Part shown: piece by piece, positions 9,907 to 18,576 of the stretch
Position numbering within the stretch: the stretch's first letter is position 1
Layout: each line of letters starts with the position of its first letter
Origin: Candidatus Eiseniibacteriota bacterium
GTDB taxonomy: Bacteria; Eisenbacteria; RBG-16-71-46; CAZAMP01
Direction of reading: 5' to 3'
Length of the DNA stretch: 64,000 bases
Assembly (NCBI GenBank): GCA_965224245.1
Contig: OZ245046.1
Location: forward strand, 1,664,001 to 1,728,000
Notes under the pieces: model-generated
The model's database searches: none
The model's input: the letters and a program-made list of their open reading frames with translations, nothing else
What the model was told of the DNA's origin: nothing
Position numbers and translations under genes: made by a program

Positions 9907-11157
9907 TCACTCGTGGCGCAGCGCGGCGATCGGGTCGAGCTTGGCGCCGCGGTAGGCCGGAACGAAGCCGGCCACGACGCCCACGCTCAGCGAGACCACG
10001 ATCGCGGTCAGGACGATGGGCAGTGACACGCTGGCCGGCATCACCGTGGCGTTGATGATCGCGGTCACGCCGACCGCGATCCCGGTGCCGATCAGTCCGC
10101 CCAGGAGACAGATCAACGCCGCCTCGAACAGGAACTGGAGCAGGATCACGTGTCGCTTGGCGCCGATGGCCTTGCGGATTCCGATCTCGCGCGTGCGCTC
10201 GGTGACCGACACGAACATGATGTTCATGACCCCGACCCCGCCCACGAACAGCGAGACCCCGGTGACGAGTAGTCCCACCAGCAGCACGACGCCCATGACG
10301 TTGTCGAACGCGCCCAGGAGCGAGTCGAGCTTGTTGATCGAGAAGTCGTCGGGCTCGGCGGGACGGAGGCCGCGTACCTTTCGCATCTCACCGACGACCA
10401 GGAACTCGAGGTCGGCGACGTCCTCGGGGCTGGGCGCCTTCACCGCGACGTCCACGTCCTGGCCGCGCCGTCCTCCGAAGGCCTTCACGAACGACGTGAT
10501 GGGGACGTAGACGAGTCGATCGAAGTTGGGGCCCCCGAAGCTCTGCCCCCCCTGCTTCTCCATGACCCCGATCACGCGACAGGTCAAGCGGCCGACCTTG
10601 ATCTCCTCGTTGATCGGGTTCGCCGAGCCGAAGAGGCCGTCGCACACGTCGCGGCCGATCACGCAGACCTTCTTCTTGTAGGTGACGTCGAACGCGGTCA
10701 GGAAGCGGCCGAGCTCGGGGCGAGCGCTCGACAGGGCGATCTGCTTGTCGGTGGTGCCGATGATCGAGACGCTCTCGATCGTCTCGGCTCCGACCTTCAC
10801 GTCGTACGAGCCCTGCATGCTGGGGTTCACGATGGCCTTGCCCAGGAGGTTCTCCTCCAGCAGACGGGCCTCGCGCAGCTCCAGGGGCGGACGGTTCCGG
10901 TACTCGAAGAAGTCGTTCATGATGATCCACGGCATCCGGGACACGTAGATGACGTCGGTTCCGATCGCCGAGAAGCTCTCGCGGAACGTGGACTGGAGCC
11001 CGTGCGCGGCGGTCAGGGTGCTGATCACGGCCACGATGCCGATGACGATGCCGAGCGTGGTCAGCGTCCCGCGAGCCTTGTTGGCGACGATGGCATCCAG
11101 GGCGATGGCCAAGGACTCGCGGACGTCCAGCGCCCAGCCGAGCGGCCGCCATCTCAT
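9907..11157 (-). CDS. ABC transporter permease, MacB/FtsX family (second copy)
   Basis: GVGVMNIMFVSVTERTREIGIRKAIGA, PAYRGAKLDPIAALRHE. The start could instead be 11181. Confidence 0.95.
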   Translation of the reverse strand: MRWRPLGWALDVRESLAIALDAIVANKARGTLTTLGIVIGIVAVISTLTAAHGLQSTFRESFSAIGTDVIYVSRMPWIIMNDFFEYRNRPPLELREARLLEENLLGKAIVNPSMQGSYDVKVGAETIESVSIIGTTDKQIALSSARPELGRFLTAFDVTYKKKVCVIGRDVCDGLFGSANPINEEIKVGRLTCRVIGVMEKQGGQSFGGPNFDRLVYVPITSFVKAFGGRRGQDVDVAVKAPSPEDVADLEFLVVGEMRKVRGLRPAEPDDFSINKLDSLLGAFDNVMGVVLLVGLLVTGVSLFVGGVGVMNIMFVSVTERTREIGIRKAIGAKRHVILLQFLFEAALICLLGGLIGTGIAVGVTAIINATVMPASVSLPIVLTAIVVSLSVGVVAGFVPAYRGAKLDPIAALRHE

Positions 11158-11170
11158 CGCGGTTCGCCCG

Positions 11171-11884
11171 TCATCGCGCATCCCTCGCGGTGTCGCTCTC
11201 GACGAGCCCGTCCCGGAGGCGGATCGTCCGGTGTGCGTGGCGGGCGATCGTGTCCTCGTGGGTGACCAGGAGGATCGTCTGCCCCGTGGCGTGGAGCTGG
11301 TCGAGGATGGTCATGATCTCGTCGCCGGTCTTGCTGTCGAGGTTTCCGGTCGGCTCGTCGGCCAGGATGATCGAGGGCTCGAAGACGAGCGCCCTGGCGA
11401 TCGCGACCCGCTGACGCTGACCTCCGGAGAGCTCCGCGGGGCGGTGGGCCGTCCGGTCGGTGAGCCCCACGCGCGCGATCGACTCCTCGGTGCGCCGGCG
11501 CCGCTCGCCGCGGGGCACGCCGCCGTAGATCAACGGGAGCTCGACGTTCTCGTACACGGTGGAGCGCGGCAGGAGATTGAACGTCTGGAACACGAAGCCG
11601 ATCCGGCGGTTCCGGATCTCGGCGAGACGCGACTCGGAGAGCTCGGCCACCATCTCACCCCCCAGCGAGTAGGTGCCGGACGTGGGGACGTCCAGGCATC
11701 CGATGATGTTCATCAGCGTCGACTTGCCCGAGCCCGAGGGACCCATGATGGCGACGTAGGCGTTGCGCTCGATGTCCAGAGAGACACCCCTGAGCGCGTG
11801 CACGCGCGTCTCGCCCAGGACGTACGTCTTGACCACGTCCCGGAGCGAGAGGGCGGTTGCGGTCGTCGTCGATGTCGTGCTCAT
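11171..11884 (-). CDS. ABC transporter ATP-binding protein (MacB/LolD type)
   Basis: Walker [38 protein letters not shown]. Confidence 0.97.
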   Translation of the reverse strand: MSTTSTTTATALSLRDVVKTYVLGETRVHALRGVSLDIERNAYVAIMGPSGSGKSTLMNIIGCLDVPTSGTYSLGGEMVAELSESRLAEIRNRRIGFVFQTFNLLPRSTVYENVELPLIYGGVPRGERRRRTEESIARVGLTDRTAHRPAELSGGQRQRVAIARALVFEPSIILADEPTGNLDSKTGDEIMTILDQLHATGQTILLVTHEDTIARHAHRTIRLRDGLVESDTARDAR

Positions 11885-11907
11885 GCCCGGGGCCTCCCGA
11901 TCGACGC

Positions 11908-13152
11908 TCAGGTCGGCTCGCCGCCGGCGTCGTTCTGGATCACGACGGCGGCACCGTTCTCGAGGTCGCGCGAGATGGCCCGGTAGCTCCCGCTCACGAC
12001 GACGTCCCCCTCGGTCAGTCCGCTCAGAATCTCGATGAGCTCATCGCTCTGAATGCCTGTCTCGACTTGCTTTGCCACCGCGTGGCCATCTTCGACGCAG
12101 AACACGATTTCCACGAACCCGTCCTCGTCGGGGGAGAAGCGGCCCTCGGCGTCCTCGCGGGACTCCCCCGCCACCCGGAGCTGATCGACGGTGCGCACGG
12201 CGACGCACTGGATGGGGACGCTGAGCGCCGAGTCGTTGGACCGGGTGAAGATGTCGGCGCTGGCGGTCATGCCCGGACGCAGCGCATCGACCGGATCGGT
12301 GACGCGGATCGTGACCTCGAACTCGGTCTTCTGCGTGGTGCCCTGGCTCCCCACGTTGGCCGAGTTGGCGATCTCGGAGACCGTGCCGGCCAGCACCCGA
12401 TCCCGGAGCGCGTCGACCTCGATCTCGGCCTGCTGTCCGATCTCGACCGAGACGATGTCGTTCTCGTCCACGTTGACCAGCGCCTCCATCTCGGACAGGT
12501 CGGCGATGACGAGGATCACGTCCTCCTGGAACTGCGAGCCGATGGCGATCTCGCCCTGCTCCTTGTTGAGGTCGCTGATCGTGCCCGCCATCGGGGCGTA
12601 GATCGTCGTCTTGGAGAGATCGTCCCGGGCCTGCTTCAGCGCCGCTCTGGCCTGCTCGACCTGATCCACGGCCGACGCGTGGCGCGCCTTCTCGACGAGA
12701 TAGGCGGACTCCGCGGCGTCGAATGCGGCCTGGGTCTCGACGCTGCGCGACATGAGCTCGCGCGAGCGGGCGTACTCCTTCTCCAGCCGGATGAGGTTCT
12801 CCAGCACGAGGCTCGCGTTCGCCTGCGCCGAGCGCACGTTGGCCTCGGCGCTCTCGACGGCGGCCAGATAGCGTTCGCGGTCGAGCTCCACCAGGAAGGC
12901 GCCGGCCTCGACCCACTCTCCCTCCTCGACGGCCAGCTTGGTGATCTTGGCGCTCACGTCGCCACTGATCTTGACCTGGGTGTGGGGCTGGATGCGCCCG
13001 GTGGCGTTCACGGTCTGGACGATCTTCTCGCGGGTCACGGTCGCGGTCTCGACGGACATCGGTCCGTCGCCGTCGCGCTTGAGCGCGAACGTGGCCCCCA
13101 CCGCACCCAGCAGGACGATGGGGATCGCGATCCAGAGAGCCTTCTTGTTCAT
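11908..13152 (-). CDS. Efflux periplasmic adaptor (MacA/HlyD membrane fusion protein)
   Basis: N-terminal TM, ATGRIQP, coiled-coil hairpin, [33 protein letters not shown]. Confidence 0.92.
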   Translation of the reverse strand: MNKKALWIAIPIVLLGAVGATFALKRDGDGPMSVETATVTREKIVQTVNATGRIQPHTQVKISGDVSAKITKLAVEEGEWVEAGAFLVELDRERYLAAVESAEANVRSAQANASLVLENLIRLEKEYARSRELMSRSVETQAAFDAAESAYLVEKARHASAVDQVEQARAALKQARDDLSKTTIYAPMAGTISDLNKEQGEIAIGSQFQEDVILVIADLSEMEALVNVDENDIVSVEIGQQAEIEVDALRDRVLAGTVSEIANSANVGSQGTTQKTEFEVTIRVTDPVDALRPGMTASADIFTRSNDSALSVPIQCVAVRTVDQLRVAGESREDAEGRFSPDEDGFVEIVFCVEDGHAVAKQVETGIQSDELIEILSGLTEGDVVVSGSYRAISRDLENGAAVVIQNDAGGEPT

Positions 13153-13323
13153 CGATTGGGGTCCTCGTGGGCGGAACGATCTCGCCGCCGCGCGGGGCCG
13201 GGCGCCGAGACGGAAACGGTACGGAACAGGCTACGAAGGAGGCCCGGGAAAGTTCACCGAATGTCGGTTCGGGAAAGACGAAGCGGGCGGGCCGCAGGCA
13301 CCAGGCCCCGGAAGCCGGGAGGC

Positions 13324-15111
13324 TCAGGCGGCGACGTCGTCGGCGTCGGGCTCGCGCCCCTCGTCGAGGGGCAGCGGGAGGACGGCGGTGAACGTGGATC
13401 CGACGCCGACCTCGCTCTCGACCTCGATCGAGCCCCCCATGAGGTCGGTCAGGTGCCGGCAGATGGCGAGCCCCAGCCCGGTTCCGCCGAACTCCCGGGT
13501 CGTGCTGCGGTCCACCTGACTGAACTCCTCGAAGATGCTCGTCAGGCGTTCGGGCGGAATGCCCACGCCGGTGTCGGCGATCGCGATCGACACCGACCGG
13601 GGGGTCTCCACCACGCCTACGGTGACCTGCCCGGCCGGCGTGAACTTGATCGCGTTCCCGACCAGGTTCACGACGATCTGCCGGATGCGAGCCACGTCCC
13701 CCACCCTCGGCCCGAGCGGAGCGGACGCCCAGGCCAGCGTGAGCCCGACGTCCTTCCCGTGGGCCAGCGGGGCGAGCACCTGGCGGACCTCCTCCAGCAG
13801 CGTGCGGAGGTCGAACGGGCGGGGATCCAGCTCGAGCTTGCCCGACTCGATGCGCGCGATGTCGAGCACGTCGCTGATCACCTCCAGGAGCGAGCGGCCG
13901 GAAGTCTGCAGGAGGTCCACGTACTCGGTCTGCTCCTCGGACAGCTCGGTGTCGCGCAGGAGCTGGACCATGCCCATGACGCCGTTCAACGGGGTCCGCA
14001 GCTCGTGACTCATCGTGGCCAGGAACTGCGTCTTCGCGATGGCCGCGCTCCGGGCCCGGACGAGCGCGTCCTGCAGGCTCGACGCCATCAGGTTGAACGC
14101 CGCGCCGAGCTCGCCGACCTCGTCGCGGGACGTGACGTCGACGCGGTGGTCCAGTTCACCGCCACCGAACCGGGTCACCGCGCGATGCAGCCGCCGGATG
14201 GGCTGGCCGATCCGGCCCGCGAGCCACGAGCTGACGCCGACCGCGAGAAGGAGGCAGAGCGCCCCGGCGGCGATCACGGCCATGCGGAACGCCACGAGCG
14301 CCCCGCGGGTCCCGTCCACGGGACGGAACAGGACGGCGCGATGCCCGCCGCCGGACACGTCGACAGCGAGGCCGCGGTGAGGCCGCCCGCCGAGGTCGAA
14401 GTCGACGATGGGGATGGGCCCCGCCGCGGACGGGGTCGGGCCGTCATCGCGGCTCCGCGCGTGCAGGTCGGCGGCCGCGAACGACGCCGCCGTCCACGTG
14501 CGCGAGCAGGCCACCGGCCCCTCGGGGGCGAGGAGCACGACGTCGCTGCCGGAGACGTCGGCGATCTCGCGGGCCCATGTGTCGTCGATGCGATCGCCGA
14601 GCGCGAGGATCCCGACCACCTGCCGTCCTCCGAGGACCGGCGCGACCGCGACGTGGTGGAGGGCGTCCCCGTGCGTCCAGATCGACACCGTCTCCTCGCC
14701 GCGCATCGCGGCCGCCACCGCGTGGCGCGCGGCGAGCGAGCGGCCCGGGGACAGCACGCCGCTCGCGTCCGACAGCACACGCCCCGTGGGGTCGATGAGG
14801 ACCAGGAGATCGCCGTCCACGACACTCCCCAGCTCCTCGCCCAGATGCGCCACGGTCTCGGGGTCGACGCCCTCGATGCCCAGGGTCGCCTTCAGAAACG
14901 GGATCTCGGAGGTCGACCGGGCACGCGCCCGCAGGAGCGCGTCGCGCAACTCGAGCCAGCGATCGTAGCCCCGCCGCGCGCGCTCGAGGCTGGCCACGAT
15001 CTCGTCCTCGGCCAGGCGGTCCACCAGGGTCGACGCACCGAACACCGACAGCAGGATGAACACCACCGAGACCGCGGACGTCCCCCAGAACAGGCGTGCC
15101 TGCAGACTCAC
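13324..15111 (-). CDS. Membrane sensor histidine kinase (periplasmic Cache-like, HAMP, HisKA, HATPase_c)
   Basis: Two TM segments, [18 protein letters not shown]-box [41 protein letters not shown] start at 15111. No receiver domain. Confidence 0.93.
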   Translation of the reverse strand: MSLQARLFWGTSAVSVVFILLSVFGASTLVDRLAEDEIVASLERARRGYDRWLELRDALLRARARSTSEIPFLKATLGIEGVDPETVAHLGEELGSVVDGDLLVLIDPTGRVLSDASGVLSPGRSLAARHAVAAAMRGEETVSIWTHGDALHHVAVAPVLGGRQVVGILALGDRIDDTWAREIADVSGSDVVLLAPEGPVACSRTWTAASFAAADLHARSRDDGPTPSAAGPIPIVDFDLGGRPHRGLAVDVSGGGHRAVLFRPVDGTRGALVAFRMAVIAAGALCLLLAVGVSSWLAGRIGQPIRRLHRAVTRFGGGELDHRVDVTSRDEVGELGAAFNLMASSLQDALVRARSAAIAKTQFLATMSHELRTPLNGVMGMVQLLRDTELSEEQTEYVDLLQTSGRSLLEVISDVLDIARIESGKLELDPRPFDLRTLLEEVRQVLAPLAHGKDVGLTLAWASAPLGPRVGDVARIRQIVVNLVGNAIKFTPAGQVTVGVVETPRSVSIAIADTGVGIPPERLTSIFEEFSQVDRSTTREFGGTGLGLAICRHLTDLMGGSIEVESEVGVGSTFTAVLPLPLDEGREPDADDVAA

Positions 15112-15116
15112 GCGCC

Positions 15117-16211
15117 TCACCGGTACTTGCCCTCGTAGGGCTTGCCGAACTTGTTGGGATGCTCGGCGATCTTCCGGTCCTCGACGACCGTGAGCTCCAG
15201 CACGCGGTGGGTCTCGGGCCCCACGACGATCTCGCGGCGGGTCTCCGGCCCGAACTCGTGCCACGTCCGGAGCCGATACGTCCCCGCGGGCACGCACGGC
15301 ACCACGAACACGCCCCGCTGGTCGGTCGTGCTGAAGAGATCGTTCTCGAGCACGAGGATGCTGGCGGACATCTGTGGATGGATGTTGCAGTACACCTTGA
15401 CCAGCCCGCTCTCCTCGAACGTGACCGAGCCCGTGTGGCCCGGGTTGTAGATCCCCAGGTCGAACGGGGCGACCCGGCTGAGCGAGAACGCGTTGTGAAA
15501 GATCGTGTCGTCGTTGGGAAACTCGACGGTCGTCCCCGCGACGATGGGAAGCACCCGAGGCGAGAACTGGCGGTGCCTCTGGGACAGGACGCGCGTGTGC
15601 ACTGGCACGCTCGGGCGGAGGCTCCGGTCCACGGGCTCGAGGAACACGACCACGCCGCGCGGGTCCGAGGTCTCGGTGCCATCGGTCTTCACGACGCGCA
15701 CGGTGCCCGACACGATCCCGTCTCGATCGGGAAAGATCCCGGACGGACGTTCGCCGTCCCGGAACCGGACGTGACAGTCGACGCAGCTGGCCCGGATGTC
15801 GTGGACGACCGCATCCACGATCTCACGATCACCGGCCGACGCGGCGGCGCCGAGCAGCTCGGCCCCGGACGTGATCCGCGCGATCAGCACCCGGAGGACC
15901 TCCGGGCGATCGCCGTCCAGGATCTCCTCCAGCATCGGCAGATGCCCGAACGACGTTCCCAGCGCCTGCGCCACCGGAGCGATCTCCTCCAGCCGTTCCT
16001 CGGCGAGAAGCTGCTCGACGTCGGCGAACTCGTCGGCGATGCCGAACATGAGCTGCTTGGTGGCGTCGCTGGTCCGGAGCGGGCGTTCGGAACGGTCGGC
16101 GACGGCGCGGGTCGGGGCCGCCGGGGGTCGGGGATCCGCCGCGGAGTTCGCGAGTGTCCACGTGAGGCTCGAGACGAGCAGACCGACGGCGAGCAGGGCG
16201 GGACGTGGCAT
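15117..16211 (-). CDS. Exported cytochrome c'-like (CxxCH) domain fused to a cupredoxin and a carboxypeptidase-regulatory-like domain
   Basis: Signal peptide; helical domain ending SCVDCHVRFR; then QFSPRVL..AGTTVEFPNDDTIFHNAFS and YCNIHPQM (type 1 Cu-like H...CxxHxxM); VPAGTYRLRTWH. Confidence 0.8.
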   Translation of the reverse strand: MPRPALLAVGLLVSSLTWTLANSAADPRPPAAPTRAVADRSERPLRTSDATKQLMFGIADEFADVEQLLAEERLEEIAPVAQALGTSFGHLPMLEEILDGDRPEVLRVLIARITSGAELLGAAASAGDREIVDAVVHDIRASCVDCHVRFRDGERPSGIFPDRDGIVSGTVRVVKTDGTETSDPRGVVVFLEPVDRSLRPSVPVHTRVLSQRHRQFSPRVLPIVAGTTVEFPNDDTIFHNAFSLSRVAPFDLGIYNPGHTGSVTFEESGLVKVYCNIHPQMSASILVLENDLFSTTDQRGVFVVPCVPAGTYRLRTWHEFGPETRREIVVGPETHRVLELTVVEDRKIAEHPNKFGKPYEGKYR

Positions 16212-16440
16212 GCAGGACTCCCGGTTCAGCGCCCGCCCGGCCGGTGCGGGACGTTCGAGAGCCCCTGGCGGATGCCGGACCTCTCACCGTGGGGTATCGG
16301 CTCGGCCCGTGGCATCTGAACGCTCGGCCGGCTCGAGGGCGAACGGCGAACGGGACCACAAGATCCCGCGCGGCCGGCCGATGGATCTGGAAAGAAAGCC
16401 GACCCGATTCGACTCGCCCACTCGATCCGGGAGAGCCCCG

Positions 16441-17787
16441 TTGACCACACGACGCCTTCCGGTCGCCGGCGCGGCGACCCTTCTCGCACTCTCGGCGCTG
16501 ATGGCGCCCTTTCCCCGGACCGCGGCCGCCGACGACGGAGCGGCCGCCGCGAAGACTCGCACCGAGCCTGCGGACACCCGCACCGAGCCCGCGGACACGG
16601 CACCGGAGGTTCCGGCTCCCGTGGACCTTCGTGACGATCCCCTGCCATCGCTCGTGGCCGAGCCGGCCCCCGGCGAGGACGGAATCTCGCCGTGGTACGA
16701 CCGGCTCGACATCACGGGCTTCGCCGCGGCGGGGTTCCTCGACTCCGGGCCCGCCGGAGATCGTCCTGAGGGCGGCTTCGCCGTCAAGGAGTCGGCGCTC
16801 TTCCTGGAGGCCGACGTCTGGGAGGGCACGTCGGTCTTCTTCGAGGTTCAGGTGAACCCGCTCCTTCAGGACGCCCGCATCCAGTTCCAGACCGGCGAGG
16901 TGTACGCCGCCTTCCGGGACGTGTGGCGGAGCGATCGCGGCGACCGGCTCGGGTTCAAGGTCGGGCGGATCGACATCCCGTTCGGCGAGGAGTACCTGTG
17001 GGACGACACGCAGGACAACCCGCTGATCTCACACTCGGTTGGCTTTCCCTGGCTCACCGACGAGGGCGTGGCCGCGTTCGGACGGCTTCGCGGCGTCGGC
17101 TGGGTGGCCGCCATCACCGATGGCACGATGGAGCGGAGCGTCGACGAGAACGTCTCGAAGGCGCTGAACCTGAAGCTCTTCGGTCGTCCGTGGCGACCTC
17201 TCTACCTGAGCGCGAGCGCGATGAAGAACGACGAGACCTCCGGCAGCGCGCTCTATCTCGGGGAGACGTGCTTCCAGCCGGTGGGCGCGCCCGTGCACGG
17301 ACGTGACGTCACGTCCACCGCCGGGTTCAGCCCGAGCGAGCGTGTCGAGGCCTCGCTGTACGAGGTGACCGCCACCGTCTCGGGTCCCAATGCCTCGGAG
17401 CTGTGGCTCACGCTCGGCCAGGCGTGGGTCGACGACGCCGAGGACACCTACGACCGCTCGCTGACCTGGTTCACGGTGCAGGCGCGCACGAACCTACCCG
17501 GACACCGCGCGTACGTGGCCGCACGACACAGCGAGTTCGGGACGTACGACGCCGATGAGGGCTACCAGATCGGCGGTGGCTTCCTGACCGACGGACGTCG
17601 CGCGTTCGGCTACGACACGCGCCGCCTCGGTCGGACCTCGGCCGGATTCGGCTGGATCGTGAACCCGCGGGTCACGATGCGGGTGGAGGTCGGTCGTGAT
17701 CGGTTCGAGCTGATCGACGCCTCGCCGCTCGAGCCGGACAACGGCGACCGGACGTTCACGGCCGCGGAGATGGTCGTGACCTTCTAG
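16441..17787 (+). CDS. Putative outer-membrane beta-barrel / porin
   Basis: Signal peptide ending TAAA, amphipathic strands, KVGRIDIPFGEEY, C-terminal Phe (EMVVTF). TTG start preceded by GGAG; alternative ATG at 16381. Confidence 0.75.
   Translation: MTTRRLPVAGAATLLALSALMAPFPRTAAADDGAAAAKTRTEPADTRTEPADTAPEVPAPVDLRDDPLPSLVAEPAPGEDGISPWYDRLDITGFAAAGFLDSGPAGDRPEGGFAVKESALFLEADVWEGTSVFFEVQVNPLLQDARIQFQTGEVYAAFRDVWRSDRGDRLGFKVGRIDIPFGEEYLWDDTQDNPLISHSVGFPWLTDEGVAAFGRLRGVGWVAAITDGTMERSVDENVSKALNLKLFGRPWRPLYLSASAMKNDETSGSALYLGETCFQPVGAPVHGRDVTSTAGFSPSERVEASLYEVTATVSGPNASELWLTLGQAWVDDAEDTYDRSLTWFTVQARTNLPGHRAYVAARHSEFGTYDADEGYQIGGGFLTDGRRAFGYDTRRLGRTSAGFGWIVNPRVTMRVEVGRDRFELIDASPLEPDNGDRTFTAAEMVVTF
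16555..16596 (+). repeat. Two copies of a 21-bp coding tandem repeat (TRTEPAD x2)
   Basis: ACTCGCACCGAGCCTGCGGAC / ACCCGCACCGAGCCCGCGGAC in the porin N-terminal linker. Confidence 0.8.
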
Positions 17788-18080
17788 TGTCGCGGCGGCG
17801 CGCCGCGTCCGCCGCGAACATTCGGGTCTGGATCCTCCAGCACCGCGAGCCGGTCGGGCGAGGACCTCACCGGTCGAGCCTTGCACGCCCCGACGAGATC
17901 GCCCTGCCTCGAACCACTCCGATCTTCCGCCTGTCCGTTGCCGTGGGCGCGGACGCATCCCCCGTCCGGGCACCGTGCCGAGACCATGGCCGGCTTCGGA
18001 CGCGACCGTGTGGAGTTGACCCGACCCCGGGGGCGGTCCATTCTGCGGCCGGCCGGAGGGCTCCAACGAGGAGGTGTCGA

Positions 18081-18485
18081 GTGAACTGGACGCGAACGAT
18101 CGTGACGGCCGTCGTCGGTGGCGTGGTCATGTGGCTGGCGAGCGGCCTCCTTCACGGCGTGGTCATGGGCGGGACGTACACCCGGTACCCGGACGTCTTC
18201 ACCCAGGAGGCGACCAATCCCCTGTTCTTCCTCCTGATCGAGGTCCTGATCGCACTCCCGGCCGCCGTCATCTTCGCCAAGACGCGGGCGAGCTGGGCGC
18301 CGGGGGTCGCAGGCGGGGTCACGTTCGGGTTCTGGCTCGGGCTCGTGGGGTCGTTCGCGCAGCACTTCAGCCCGCTGGTGCTCGAGGGCTTCCCGTACTA
18401 TCTCGGCTGGTGCTGGTTCGGAATCAGCATGATCGTCACGCTTCTGATGGGCGCGACGTTCGGGCTCATGATCCGGCGCGTCTAG
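18081..18485 (+). CDS. Small 4-TM membrane protein (DUF1761-like)
   Basis: GAGGAGG RBS then GTG; four hydrophobic segments, GVAGGVTFGFWLGL. Confidence 0.7.
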   Translation: MNWTRTIVTAVVGGVVMWLASGLLHGVVMGGTYTRYPDVFTQEATNPLFFLLIEVLIALPAAVIFAKTRASWAPGVAGGVTFGFWLGLVGSFAQHFSPLVLEGFPYYLGWCWFGISMIVTLLMGATFGLMIRRV

Positions 18486-18576
18486 CCGGACGCTCCCGCG
18501 TCGCATCGGTTCGCGCGGCGGCTCCGCCGGCCGCCGCCCTCCTTCACACTCGACACGAACCACGCTGGGTTTCGGT

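Noticed and set aside
11857-15138. 1093-aa plus-strand ORF, and similar long ORFs such as 23908..27285, 18613..21474, 35367..38093 and 55330..57600
   Set aside because: They lie antisense to well-supported genes, are Arg/Gly/Ala-rich and have no motifs. Such ORFs are expected in high-GC DNA with few off-frame stops.
17788-18080. Upstream extension of ORF 17787..18485, or a structured RNA in this gap
   Set aside because: A strong RBS supports the GTG start at 18081, and I see no convincing RNA structure.
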